Source: an uncultured Lachnospiraceae bacterium (GTDB lineage: Bacteria > Bacillota > Clostridia > Lachnospirales > Lachnospiraceae). Taken from it: a DNA stretch of 64,000 nucleotides. The stretch is from assembly GCA_947630805.1 (NCBI GenBank), contig CANRIV010000008.1, forward strand, positions 4,458 to 68,457, in the 5' to 3' direction. The notes beneath the pieces are model-generated. The model saw only the letters and a list, made by a program, of their open reading frames with translations, was not told the origin of the DNA and ran no database searches. The translations under genes were made by a program, and so were the position numbers. Shown one piece after another: positions 1 to 8,870 of the stretch. The first letter of the stretch is position 1. The number at the start of each line of letters is the position of its first letter.

Positions 1-494
1 TTCGCTGTTGTAGTTCCTTCATCCCCATCTCCGGGACTGCTGGTTTCGCCTGGATCTACTGCTTGTTTTCCACTGATTGTCAGTGGGACAGTCTCTACCT
101 GGCTGGTAAATTCCCCTGTTCCGGTAAAGGTTACCGTATACTCTCCGTTATCCAGTTCAGAAATATCTGTCAACCAGATGGACATACCGTTGTTCTGTTC
201 TTTCATATCTTTTACAACAGATCCTTCTTTCTGAATAACTACTGTGGCTTTCTGAGAAGTCTGATCCGCTGCACCAGACCATGCGAAGCCAAATCTCTGC
301 TGGTCAAAAGCTCCCTGGCTGACAAATCCAACATAATTACCTGATGGCTCGCCAACCGTATAACTTACTCCGTCTACTTCAATCGTGTAGGATGCGGCGC
401 TGACTACTGCTCCTGAGCCTGCCAGGCCTGCCACTACCATTGCGATAGCACAGATATAAGCCACGAACTTTTTCATCGTTTTGTTAAGTTTCAT
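1..494 (-). CDS. Secreted protein, 5' part only (runs off the left edge); not in the supplied ORF track
   Basis: ATG at 494-492 with SD GAAAGGAG upstream. Open frame to the window edge: MKLNKTMKKFVAYICAIAMVVAGLAGSGAVVSAASYTIEVDG..., a Sec-type signal peptide, then a beta-rich domain and a P/T/G/D-rich linker (DPGETSSPGDGDEGTTTA). Confidence 0.8.
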   Translation of the reverse strand, partial: MKLNKTMKKFVAYICAIAMVVAGLAGSGAVVSAASYTIEVDGVSYTVGEPSGNYVGFVSQGAFDQQRFGFAWSGAADQTSQKATVVIQKEGSVVKDMKEQNNGMSIWLTDISELDNGEYTVTFTGTGEFTSQVETVPLTISGKQAVDPGETSSPGDGDEGTTTA

Positions 495-560
495 GCTTAA
501 CTCTCCTTTCTTAATTTTTATCTGTTCATTTGCGAAAATAAACGCAATAATGATATTATT

Positions 561-589
561 ATATTATCATAGACATATGTACAATTCAA
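561..589 (-). promoter_or_regulatory. SigA-type promoter of the secreted-protein gene
   Basis: TTGAAT-17 bp-TAATAT with extended -10 TG; spacer begins TGTACATA as in the promoter at 23646-23674. Confidence 0.6.
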
Positions 590-691
590 CTAAGAATTTT
601 TGAAAAAAATTTCTTTTTTTGATAATTTTTCACAAATAAATACTTTTTTATAAATAAAATTAAGAATCTGATTACCTTTCCTTGACATATT

Positions 692-733
692 AAAGGGTAT
701 TTCAAAATCATCAGATTTTTTGAAATACCCTTT
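692..733 (-). terminator. Intrinsic terminator at the end of the glucan operon
   Basis: Perfect 16-bp inverted repeat AAAGGGTATTTCAAAA/TTTTGAAATACCCTTT, 21 nt after the GH17 stop. Confidence 0.75.
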
Positions 734-754
734 GATAGATTCTTTCTTTGCAGA

Positions 755-1657
755 TTATTTCAAAAGCAGCTTCGGCGTTCTGTCTACTCTGTAGATTCCC
801 CAGTTCTTTTCTGCTTCATTTGGTCGGTTTCCACCTTTCCATGGCTCATCAAATGCCTCAAACATATAGGCAATGATTTTTTCACTGTCGGTCCACGCCC
901 AGAATTCTTCATAATATTTTTTCTGGCTTTCCTCGCTAGCCTGACCTTCTTTCATCTGTGTAAAATCAGCACAGTCTGTAGCCCATCCTACTTCAGAAAA
1001 CAGAACAGGTTTTTCCGGATACATTTCTTTTATTTTATAATACCATTCTTTGTTGACCTGTAACGCTTCTTCCACAGTATTTCCATACCAGAGCGGATAG
1101 GAATGAATACTGATAATATCCATATACTGTGCAAGTTCCTGTAATTTTACCCACTCTAATGCTCCCTCATTAAACGTTACCGGTTTTCCTGTTCCTTCTT
1201 TCAGACGCACGGCAAAGCCAATCAGTCTTTGCACCGGCACATTGTTAGCGCCCCATTCCGGAGTATTTTCATTTCCAATGGAAACGGCATTAATGACATC
1301 AGGATATTTATTTGCTATGGCAATTAAATCATCAATCCTCTGATCGTTCCACGCAGCACGTGCTTTCAGTTCTTCTTCCGAATAATTTGTCTGCATCCAT
1401 GGGCAGCCCGGATTGTTTACTTCCGACTGTAATCCCGGTCCCAGCATCATTTTGATATTCAATCCCATATCCCGGATTACCTGACACGTCATTTCTGCAT
1501 AACTGATTGGATCATACATCCGGATATACCGGAATCCCAGATTGTTGATAATCTGTAAATCTTCTTTTATCTGCTCATAAGTCGGATAAGTACAGGTTTT
1601 TGGACTCTGCCCCTGTCTGTATCCGGAATAGCACACGGCTCTTCCCCATTCAAACAT
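755..1657 (-). CDS. GH17-family beta-1,3-glucanase, no signal peptide
   Basis: 300 aa; YSGYRxGQSP N-terminus, IRMYD, acid/base motif IGNE, nucleophile motif FSEVGW, C-terminal EAFDEPWK...AEKNWGI typical of bacterial GH17. Confidence 0.85.
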   Translation of the reverse strand: MFEWGRAVCYSGYRQGQSPKTCTYPTYEQIKEDLQIINNLGFRYIRMYDPISYAEMTCQVIRDMGLNIKMMLGPGLQSEVNNPGCPWMQTNYSEEELKARAAWNDQRIDDLIAIANKYPDVINAVSIGNENTPEWGANNVPVQRLIGFAVRLKEGTGKPVTFNEGALEWVKLQELAQYMDIISIHSYPLWYGNTVEEALQVNKEWYYKIKEMYPEKPVLFSEVGWATDCADFTQMKEGQASEESQKKYYEEFWAWTDSEKIIAYMFEAFDEPWKGGNRPNEAEKNWGIYRVDRTPKLLLK

Positions 1658-1737
1658 TCTTAATTACCTCGCTCTTTCTTTTCACAAAATATCGTTTTTC
1701 GAAGTCTCTTTTCCCTCTATCTGTTTTCCTCGTCTCT

Positions 1738-4434
1738 TTATCCGAGCACTGCTGTAATCTGGCTTTTATCTCCCAGTTTATCCACTTCTTCTTTTGCAAT
1801 CGTATCGCCATCGCAATATTTTTCGCCGTCAATATATATTTCTTTGACCTGATACTGACCGGCTTCCAGAGCAAATGGATTTTCATAAGTTACTGTGATA
1901 TCTACACCGCGGAAAATACAGTTAGCGCTCGCTCTGCCTCCGGAAAATTGTTCCGCTAACAACTGCGGACATAATTTCAGGGCTCCCAGTTCGCCGCGGA
2001 TTCCATACATTTCATTCAATACAGTAAGCAGTAACCAGCTTGCCGCTCCGGTAAGATAATGATACATACCTCTTCCCCTCTGATTTACATATTCCGGCAC
2101 TCCCGGATAGATGCTGCTGCGGCTATAATCATTACAATGCTGATATAATGTATGGATTACTTTGTAACCTTCTTTGGCAAACCCTCTCTGGTAAAGAGCA
2201 TTGGCATACATGACAGCCATATGAGAAAATACTGCGCCGTTTTCTTTGTGTCCAAAAGCAAATCCAAACAGTCTTCCCAAATCTGTTTTCACTTCTTTAA
2301 AATCTGTATTCAACCGGTAACCGCCGATTTTTTCATCATAGAGATATCGGTCTGCAGCTTTGACAATTTCTGCAACCTGTTCTTTTGTGGCCACTTCTGA
2401 CATCACGGCAAACACCTGCCCGGTCAGCATCATCCGCACGCCGTTCTCAAAATCACCTTCTACTGCTTTTCCACTATTATCATAATATCCGTTAAACCAG
2501 GAGTATCCTTCTTTATCTGTCGTCCATTCTGTATTGCGGATATGACATGCAATCCATTCTGACATTCCATCCAGGATACTGCACAGCCTGTCACAGCTTA
2601 CACTGACTTTTTCACCGGAAATAATATGGCGCACTGCATCGCAATACTGGTCCAGCACTGCATTTTTCTCTCCGACATTGTCATAAACAGCAGAATCGGC
2701 ATCCAGAAGAATCAGAATTTCTTTTGCCAGTTCTACAGTATCTTTCCCTGTTTTTTCTTCGTAAGCTCTGATATCCTTGGACAGGTTTTTCAGATTGCCG
2801 CCATACAATGCCGTAAATGCAACACTTTCTCCACGCTCATCTGCCATATCCAGTCCGTCGTTCCAGTCAGCGCCACGCAGCTTAATGTGATTATGTTCTC
2901 CTACATCATAAAATGCCGTCAGATGCTGTACCAGCAAATGTTCCAGAACAGTCCCCCGATATGGCTCTGCATCTGTTGTCATCTGCTTATTTCCCCTGGA
3001 ATCATTCCATCTCGTATCTCTGTCTTCTCCTCTGCAGATTTGTGCATCTTTAAAATATGTATTTTCTTCTCTTAAAAATTCAATGTCACCTGTCTGGTGT
3101 ATATATAAACTGGTTGTAAGATAAGGCCATGCTCCATGGTCCATCCAGACACGTACGATATTGTTTCTGTCTGCAATAAATTCTCCCTGCTTCGCACCGA
3201 TAATCGTAGCATTTGTCCCATCCAGTCTGACTCCGCCAAAATTATCTATCAGCATCTGACGTACTTTTTCCGGCTCCATAATCAACAACGCCAGACAATC
3301 CTGCCACAAATCTCTCCATCCTCTTCCGCCTTTTCCGTAATCGTGATGCGGAAGAAAAGAACATCCATAGATTCTCCGAAGCATCGGCTGGAAGTTTACC
3401 CAGTGCATCCAGTTATCAAAATCGGTATCTGCAGAATGATAACTTACATTCAATTTATTTTGCCAGAATTCTTTCGTCTCTTTCAAATGCCGGTCAAAAT
3501 GTTTTGTAATCAGATATTTTTTACCAAGTTCCGTAATTTCTGCTTCCGACTCTCCATATCCCAGCGCCACAATATATGTTCTTGTCTCCTGAGCTTTTAT
3601 TTCACATGTATTAAACTGAATTGCCGCTACGCTTTCGTATCCGTCTACTTCTTCTCCTGCGCTGTACGGCAACGGTTTATTTTTTATAATATAATATGGA
3701 TTTTCAAAATTGCCTCCGTCTCCGATAAATTCTTCCGTGACCGGACAGAATCTAACCGGAGATACCATCTCCTGTCCGATTTCTTCTTTCGCAAGGGCGC
3801 TATAATAAACTGTATTTTTATTGTGTCCTCTCTCATCAAAAGTGAGTGTCGGATAGATAATAATTCCATTTTTTACTGTGCGTGTTCTGTGCAGAAGAGA
3901 CGTTACATGTCTGTGATCTCTAATATTTGACGCAGAGCGGGCGTACAGTGGAATAGCTACCGTAGATGTGATTTTCTGCGGTTGGTCAGAAATATTGGTA
4001 ATCTCAATTTTTGTCAGTTCCACTTTGTCTTCCGTATCTGGCACAAAAGAAGTAATCACGGATTTTAATCCCATCTGCTGCGATATTCTCTCCACCTGAT
4101 GCCACATGATGCCGGCTGTCAGTTTTACCTGTTCCTTATCTTCATCGAAAAGTTTTGCCTGCTGTTTTGCCGATTTTCCGGTTGCGGACCACGCTCCCTT
4201 TCCGTCTACATACACCCAGAAATTACGGCTGGATTTGTTGTTGTGCAGATTTTCTGCGCTAACCGGCTCTAAAAGAAATGTATTCTGATTTAACTTGATA
4301 TCTCCTCCCAAATCCGGAGAAATGGAGCTCATCATTCCGGCTTCATTACAAAGCGGAAAATACATATATCCGGTCAGATCCGGATTGTCCAGCGTGAATG
4401 TTCCTTTTTTGTCCAAATATTTTAGTTCGCCCAT
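1738..4434 (-). CDS. GH94 phosphorylase, laminaribiose phosphorylase-like (898 aa)
   Basis: Start reassigned to ATG 4434 (SD AGGAGG). Motifs YFPLCNEAGMMS, RDHRHVTSLLHR, GGRGWRDLWQD and catalytic GADWNDGL match my recollection of the Paenibacillus laminaribiose phosphorylase rather than cellobiose phosphorylases. Confidence 0.85.
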   Translation of the reverse strand: MGELKYLDKKGTFTLDNPDLTGYMYFPLCNEAGMMSSISPDLGGDIKLNQNTFLLEPVSAENLHNNKSSRNFWVYVDGKGAWSATGKSAKQQAKLFDEDKEQVKLTAGIMWHQVERISQQMGLKSVITSFVPDTEDKVELTKIEITNISDQPQKITSTVAIPLYARSASNIRDHRHVTSLLHRTRTVKNGIIIYPTLTFDERGHNKNTVYYSALAKEEIGQEMVSPVRFCPVTEEFIGDGGNFENPYYIIKNKPLPYSAGEEVDGYESVAAIQFNTCEIKAQETRTYIVALGYGESEAEITELGKKYLITKHFDRHLKETKEFWQNKLNVSYHSADTDFDNWMHWVNFQPMLRRIYGCSFLPHHDYGKGGRGWRDLWQDCLALLIMEPEKVRQMLIDNFGGVRLDGTNATIIGAKQGEFIADRNNIVRVWMDHGAWPYLTTSLYIHQTGDIEFLREENTYFKDAQICRGEDRDTRWNDSRGNKQMTTDAEPYRGTVLEHLLVQHLTAFYDVGEHNHIKLRGADWNDGLDMADERGESVAFTALYGGNLKNLSKDIRAYEEKTGKDTVELAKEILILLDADSAVYDNVGEKNAVLDQYCDAVRHIISGEKVSVSCDRLCSILDGMSEWIACHIRNTEWTTDKEGYSWFNGYYDNSGKAVEGDFENGVRMMLTGQVFAVMSEVATKEQVAEIVKAADRYLYDEKIGGYRLNTDFKEVKTDLGRLFGFAFGHKENGAVFSHMAVMYANALYQRGFAKEGYKVIHTLYQHCNDYSRSSIYPGVPEYVNQRGRGMYHYLTGAASWLLLTVLNEMYGIRGELGALKLCPQLLAEQFSGGRASANCIFRGVDITVTYENPFALEAGQYQVKEIYIDGEKYCDGDTIAKEEVDKLGDKSQITAVLG

Positions 4435-4456
4435 GTCTTTCCTCCTAATACAAGAA

Positions 4457-4491
4457 ACAAAGGAGCAGGTCTCAAGTAACCTGCTCTTTGT
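4457..4491 (-). terminator. Intra-operon stem-loop between the GH161 and GH94 genes
   Basis: ACAAAG(G)AGCAGGT / ACCTGCTCTTTGT, 13 bp with one bulge. Confidence 0.6.
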
Positions 4492-4511
4492 CTCATTTAA
4501 CAATTATCATT

Positions 4512-7500
4512 TTACTCAAAGTAAACGGTAATCTTATCTACTTTTCCATCTCTGATGTCTTCTGCCAGACGGCCTGCAATCCGGCTGTCATTGGAAACAA
4601 CGTTTTCGTCTATCTCTATTCTGGAAACTTTCGCTCCATCTTCACCGTAAGTGTTCTTTCCTGTATTATTGACATAAGTCACGTCACAACAGGACAACAG
4701 ACGGAATGTAACTTTTCCTTCATCGAATAACCAGTTTGCAATCTTTGGCTCAAAGTTCAATACCAGGTTTCCATCTTCACAAGTAAAGACTTTACCACCC
4801 ATGAACATTTCAATCCACATAGACATCATCTCTGTCGTAGAGCCGGACAATCGTGCCACAAAACCTCTTCCATGAATGTCTTCATTTGGATTTACGCTGG
4901 ATGCCAGGAAAGAAGAGTTTTCCAATGTACTTCTTCCATACATGTTTGGATCCAAAAATGGAATCAAGGCTCTTGTGATTGTCTCATAGTACTCATCATA
5001 CAGACCTGCTTTTATCATTGCAAGGATATATTTATACTCCATGTGAAGGAAAACATTTTCTCTTTCCTGCCATCCCGGAGTAAAAGCACGGCAGCGTCCA
5101 TTTTCCATGGAACAGTCTTCAATAGAAGCAGATGTCTTATACATCGCAAGTTTCTGGTCAAAAAGACCTGTCTCCTTTACTTTCCTGTACATTGCTCTAG
5201 CCGTATCTGTATCTGTATATCCCATCATTCTTGCCGGTCCTTCCAGGAAATATGGAAGCGGAACGGTCTTAAATTCTTTTACTTTCGCTTTCTGCAGACC
5301 ATAATGGCTGATAACAGGATTTCCATCTGCATCTGTCACAGGCTCAAAATCCACCACTTCATGCGTCAGATAAGTAGGAACAAGACCATCGCCCATTGCG
5401 ACTGCTTTTTCTATTCCTTTTTCTATTTTTTCTGCAAATGCGGCAAATACATCATGAACATGTTTTCTTGTCACACTTACTTCTTTGCCGCTCAGATATA
5501 ATTTTACAGATTCTCTGTAACTTTCTCTGATTGCAGCTACTTTATCCCAGTATGCGAAATCAGAAAGTACTCCTGCATTATATTCATCCAATGCAGTTTT
5601 TACGTGATCCATATAATCTGCAATCTCTGCAGGGATTACGATATCTTCTTCTCCCACAAAATTGTCCGTAATAAATTGAATCAGACGTTTCAACTCAAAG
5701 GTTTCCGGAGTTCCTGATCCGAACAAACCCGGAAGTCCGTTCATCGCATCATTCCATCCCGGTTTTCCACCTTCCATTTCTACGCCGATACCGTCTACAT
5801 CCAACTGAGCAAACTTGCTGAGTGCCAGTGTAATCATCTTGACTGCCAATGTGGTATGATAAACCTTCTGATCCGGTGTTTGCAGCCAGTTTGTTGCCCA
5901 TTTATTGAAACCTTTTCTAGCAAGTTTTTCCTCATCTTCTACTTCCATACCGTACTGGCGTACTGCGCCTTTTTTGTTGATGACATATTTTTCATCTCTA
6001 GGCACTACGAAAGCTACACTGTCATAAAATTTGTAGGATCTGTCCTGAAACAGGAATTCTTCCAGTTTATCCGGGAATATAGAAAGATAATTGTCTACCA
6101 GATCCATATTGTAATCCCAATGGTCACTCCAATATCCTTCGCCAAATCCCGCCTCAATATTCTGCTCACAATGTTCCAGAATCTTGGCAATAAATTCGCC
6201 GTCGTCTACTTTCAGTTCAAGCTGAAGTTTGGCAATCGTATTGGAAATCTGACCCGGAGTAAATTTACCGGAAACTACTTTTTCAATGGCAGAAGCATCT
6301 CCTTGAATACATTCCTCCACATAAGATTTGACGGTATCCTCTTTTCCTTCTTTTACCTGGAAAAGACTTGGTCTTACTTCCAGTGGATTGTATCCGTCAG
6401 CCTGTACCAGACTGAAAAATGTCTTTACGTTAAATTCTCCCACGTCTTTATTAAAGAACACATCATTTCTTCTGTTCTGTGACACATCACGGAAATTTCC
6501 ATTTCCCTGAGAATAATATTCAGCGGCGATAGAAAAGAAATTGTAATCTCTTTCCGGATCACCATGCTTGCGGCTAAACAGATGAATAATGGATTTGTTT
6601 CCATCTTTGTTCAAAACATATGGATATCCGCCCCGTAAAAAGTTGTCCAAATAGCACTGTTCCACATACTGGTCAAATTTTCCCGCAGCTGTATGGGTCT
6701 TTACATCGGATGTAAAGCTTTCTGCAAGTGCTTCTGCTTCTTCAAACTTTCTGTCTGCATATCCTGTTTCACAAAATACAGGTGCCTTTGCATTAATCTG
6801 CTCTATGGAGCCTGCAAAACCTATCATTGTATCAAATCGAATCACATCGCCATCAGCTATCGTTTCTTTTATTGGTGTAAATCCACAAGGAACTTTATTT
6901 GCAAAACACTGTTTTTTTGCCATTACACCCTGAATTGAGCCGTCAATGAAATTTACCGGTGTCATTAATGACAGGTCATAGCCAAAAACGGTATCTACGT
7001 CATAAATAACATCCAAAAGTTGTCCATCTCTGACTGTAAGATAATAATATCCTCCTTCTACATCAGATACTTCTGCAGAATCTTTTGTAGAAGCTCTCAA
7101 AGTGTAATATGGAACTTTATTATCAATATTTTTAATATATGCCCAACTCTTAAACAGATTGGACATTTCCTTAAATTCCCCATTGGAAATTCCGTATGGA
7201 ATAATCTTTGGAAGTCCGTCAATCACTTCAATTTCCCGGTGCTTTCCACTCACATTTTTTATGGATACCTGTCTTACCAGTGCACCAATGCTCTCATTTG
7301 GCAGAACATAGTAATTCACAGCTATCTCAATTCCGTATTTATCGTTTTTTTCAATGACCTGAAAGCTGTTCTTATTCATTCTTATCTGTCGTTTTGCTTC
7401 TGCTTCATAGCGGAAAAATGGCTCATAGTATTCGCCATCTATTTTTAAGAATGTACGAAAGCCTTTCACGGTTGTATTTTCAAATGCGGTATTGGCAGAG

Positions 7501-7691
7501 TTGAACTCCATTATGGCATTCCCTTTATTATCAATGCCAAAGCTGTTCATTCCCTGTCCTCTGTTTGTGTAAAAAGTCCACATCGGAATCCCTTTTACAC
7601 CTGCCAATCCAGGTAAAAAACTGGAAAAGGCGGGTAATCTGTCATAATCATCTATGACAAATGTCTTTCCCTCGAGTCTGTATTTGTCCAT
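4512..7691 (-). CDS. GH161-type beta-1,3-glucan phosphorylase (1059 aa)
   Basis: Start reassigned to ATG 7691 (SD AAGGAG). N-terminal FSSFLPGLAGVKGIPMWTFYTNRGQ, catalytic GWNDAMNGLPG, C-terminal GWQERENVFLHMEYKY (GH149/GH161 signature); size and adjacency to GH94 fit GH161. Confidence 0.8.
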   Translation of the reverse strand: MDKYRLEGKTFVIDDYDRLPAFSSFLPGLAGVKGIPMWTFYTNRGQGMNSFGIDNKGNAIMEFNSANTAFENTTVKGFRTFLKIDGEYYEPFFRYEAEAKRQIRMNKNSFQVIEKNDKYGIEIAVNYYVLPNESIGALVRQVSIKNVSGKHREIEVIDGLPKIIPYGISNGEFKEMSNLFKSWAYIKNIDNKVPYYTLRASTKDSAEVSDVEGGYYYLTVRDGQLLDVIYDVDTVFGYDLSLMTPVNFIDGSIQGVMAKKQCFANKVPCGFTPIKETIADGDVIRFDTMIGFAGSIEQINAKAPVFCETGYADRKFEEAEALAESFTSDVKTHTAAGKFDQYVEQCYLDNFLRGGYPYVLNKDGNKSIIHLFSRKHGDPERDYNFFSIAAEYYSQGNGNFRDVSQNRRNDVFFNKDVGEFNVKTFFSLVQADGYNPLEVRPSLFQVKEGKEDTVKSYVEECIQGDASAIEKVVSGKFTPGQISNTIAKLQLELKVDDGEFIAKILEHCEQNIEAGFGEGYWSDHWDYNMDLVDNYLSIFPDKLEEFLFQDRSYKFYDSVAFVVPRDEKYVINKKGAVRQYGMEVEDEEKLARKGFNKWATNWLQTPDQKVYHTTLAVKMITLALSKFAQLDVDGIGVEMEGGKPGWNDAMNGLPGLFGSGTPETFELKRLIQFITDNFVGEEDIVIPAEIADYMDHVKTALDEYNAGVLSDFAYWDKVAAIRESYRESVKLYLSGKEVSVTRKHVHDVFAAFAEKIEKGIEKAVAMGDGLVPTYLTHEVVDFEPVTDADGNPVISHYGLQKAKVKEFKTVPLPYFLEGPARMMGYTDTDTARAMYRKVKETGLFDQKLAMYKTSASIEDCSMENGRCRAFTPGWQERENVFLHMEYKYILAMIKAGLYDEYYETITRALIPFLDPNMYGRSTLENSSFLASSVNPNEDIHGRGFVARLSGSTTEMMSMWIEMFMGGKVFTCEDGNLVLNFEPKIANWLFDEGKVTFRLLSCCDVTYVNNTGKNTYGEDGAKVSRIEIDENVVSNDSRIAGRLAEDIRDGKVDKITVYFE

Positions 7692-7715
7692 AATAATCTC
7701 CTTGTTTTTTGTAAC

Positions 7716-7782
7716 CAATCACGAAGTGATTGATTGCCTGCTCGCACGCCAACGCGCAGCGTTCTTTTTTGCGTGCGGGCAG
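7716..7782. repeat. Double hairpin element between the lacI-type gene and GH161
   Basis: CAATCAC-GAA-GTGATTG (7716-7732), then CTGCTCGCACGC...GCGTGCGGGCAG (7738-7782). Confidence 0.6.
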
Positions 7783-7797
7783 ATAAAATATATTTAC

Positions 7798-8799
7798 TTA
7801 GTTTTTTCGTTTTCCACAAGAACTCCTGTAGACCATCTTTGGAGAGAGTTTCGTCACGGTACCGCTCTTATTTCCCTCATCATTCAACAATCTGAAAAGT
7901 TCGTTTGCGCTGGCGCTTCCCATTTCCGTAATCGGACTATGTACTGTGGTAAGTGGTACTGCATAATATGCGCTTAGTGTGCTGTCATCATATCCGATAA
8001 CACTGATTTCTTCCGGTACCTTAATACCAACATCCTGCAGCGCCTGAATACATCCCCATGCCATCTCATCATTTGCACAGAACATTGCATCCGGAATTTC
8101 TATTCCACTGGAGAGCAGAGAACGCATCTCACTGTAAGCCAGCGTCTCCTCATAATAACCTCTCAACACAATGTTTTCATCGATTGGCAGATTATTTTTC
8201 TGCATCATCTCGACATATCCCTGATAGCGGTGCTTATCATCACCCGTATCATTTCCGTGCATATATCCGATTCTTTTGTGCCCCAGTTTAATCAGATGAT
8301 TTACTGCCATGGAAGCTCCTAACTTATCATCCACCAGCACTCCGGAAATATTTTTGCCTTTACTGTTTCTGTCAATAAATACCATTGGTATATTTACCGT
8401 AGCAATTCTTTTTACATAGTCACCAGTTAAATCTTCATGATATATAATGGCTCCCGCAACACCGGATGCAATAATCATTCTGTATATTTCATCCGGCGAA
8501 TTATCATTACTTACATAGATATTTAACAGATAGTTATTCAACTTACATTGTAAATGAATTGCCTGAGTCAATACTTTATAAAAATCGCCCTGTAAACTAG
8601 TTAAAAAGAGGCCTATTGTATTTTTTCTGTTAGACTTTAATAATTTTGCATTCATATTAGGAATGTAATGAAGTTTCTCTACTGCAGCCAGAACTCTCTG
8701 TTTTGTTTCTTCACTTACAATATCTGCATTATTAAAAACATTAGATACTGTAGAAATGGCTACGCCCGCTTCCCGGGCAACATCTTTGATTGTAACCAT
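7798..8799 (-). CDS. LacI-family transcriptional regulator
   Basis: Start ATG 8799 (SD GGGAGGT). VTIKDVAREAGVAISTVSNVFN helix-turn-helix, PN hinge, sugar-binding domain (AMFCANDEMAWG, SVIGYDD, LTTV). Confidence 0.95.
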   Translation of the reverse strand: MVTIKDVAREAGVAISTVSNVFNNADIVSEETKQRVLAAVEKLHYIPNMNAKLLKSNRKNTIGLFLTSLQGDFYKVLTQAIHLQCKLNNYLLNIYVSNDNSPDEIYRMIIASGVAGAIIYHEDLTGDYVKRIATVNIPMVFIDRNSKGKNISGVLVDDKLGASMAVNHLIKLGHKRIGYMHGNDTGDDKHRYQGYVEMMQKNNLPIDENIVLRGYYEETLAYSEMRSLLSSGIEIPDAMFCANDEMAWGCIQALQDVGIKVPEEISVIGYDDSTLSAYYAVPLTTVHSPITEMGSASANELFRLLNDEGNKSGTVTKLSPKMVYRSSCGKRKN

Positions 8800-8817
8800 A
8801 CAATTACCTCCCTTAAA

Positions 8818-8847
8818 GTCTGCCATCGGTTTTATCCGATGGCAGAC
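8818..8847 (-). terminator. Intra-operon stem-loop between GH16 and the lacI-type gene
   Basis: Perfect 12-bp stem GTCTGCCATCGG-TTTTAT-CCGATGGCAGAC. Confidence 0.65.
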
Positions 8848-8870
8848 AACTATCATTACGTATTCTGTCT

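Noticed and set aside
63-344. 93-aa + strand ORF
   Set aside because: Shadow of the real minus-strand secreted-protein gene (1-494), which has an SD, signal peptide and promoter.
2152-7448. Numerous + strand ORFs (e.g. 3136-3930, 4872-5501, 5856-6482) opposite the phosphorylases
   Set aside because: Antisense shadows of long genes: no SD, Phe/Ile/Cys-biased composition, no motifs. The same applies to 43047-43898 and similar ORFs elsewhere.
4512-7691. GH149 or plain cellobiose phosphorylase call
   Set aside because: The N-terminal FSSFLPG...NRGQ pattern, size and Firmicute GH94 linkage fit GH161 better; HMM confirmation is still needed.
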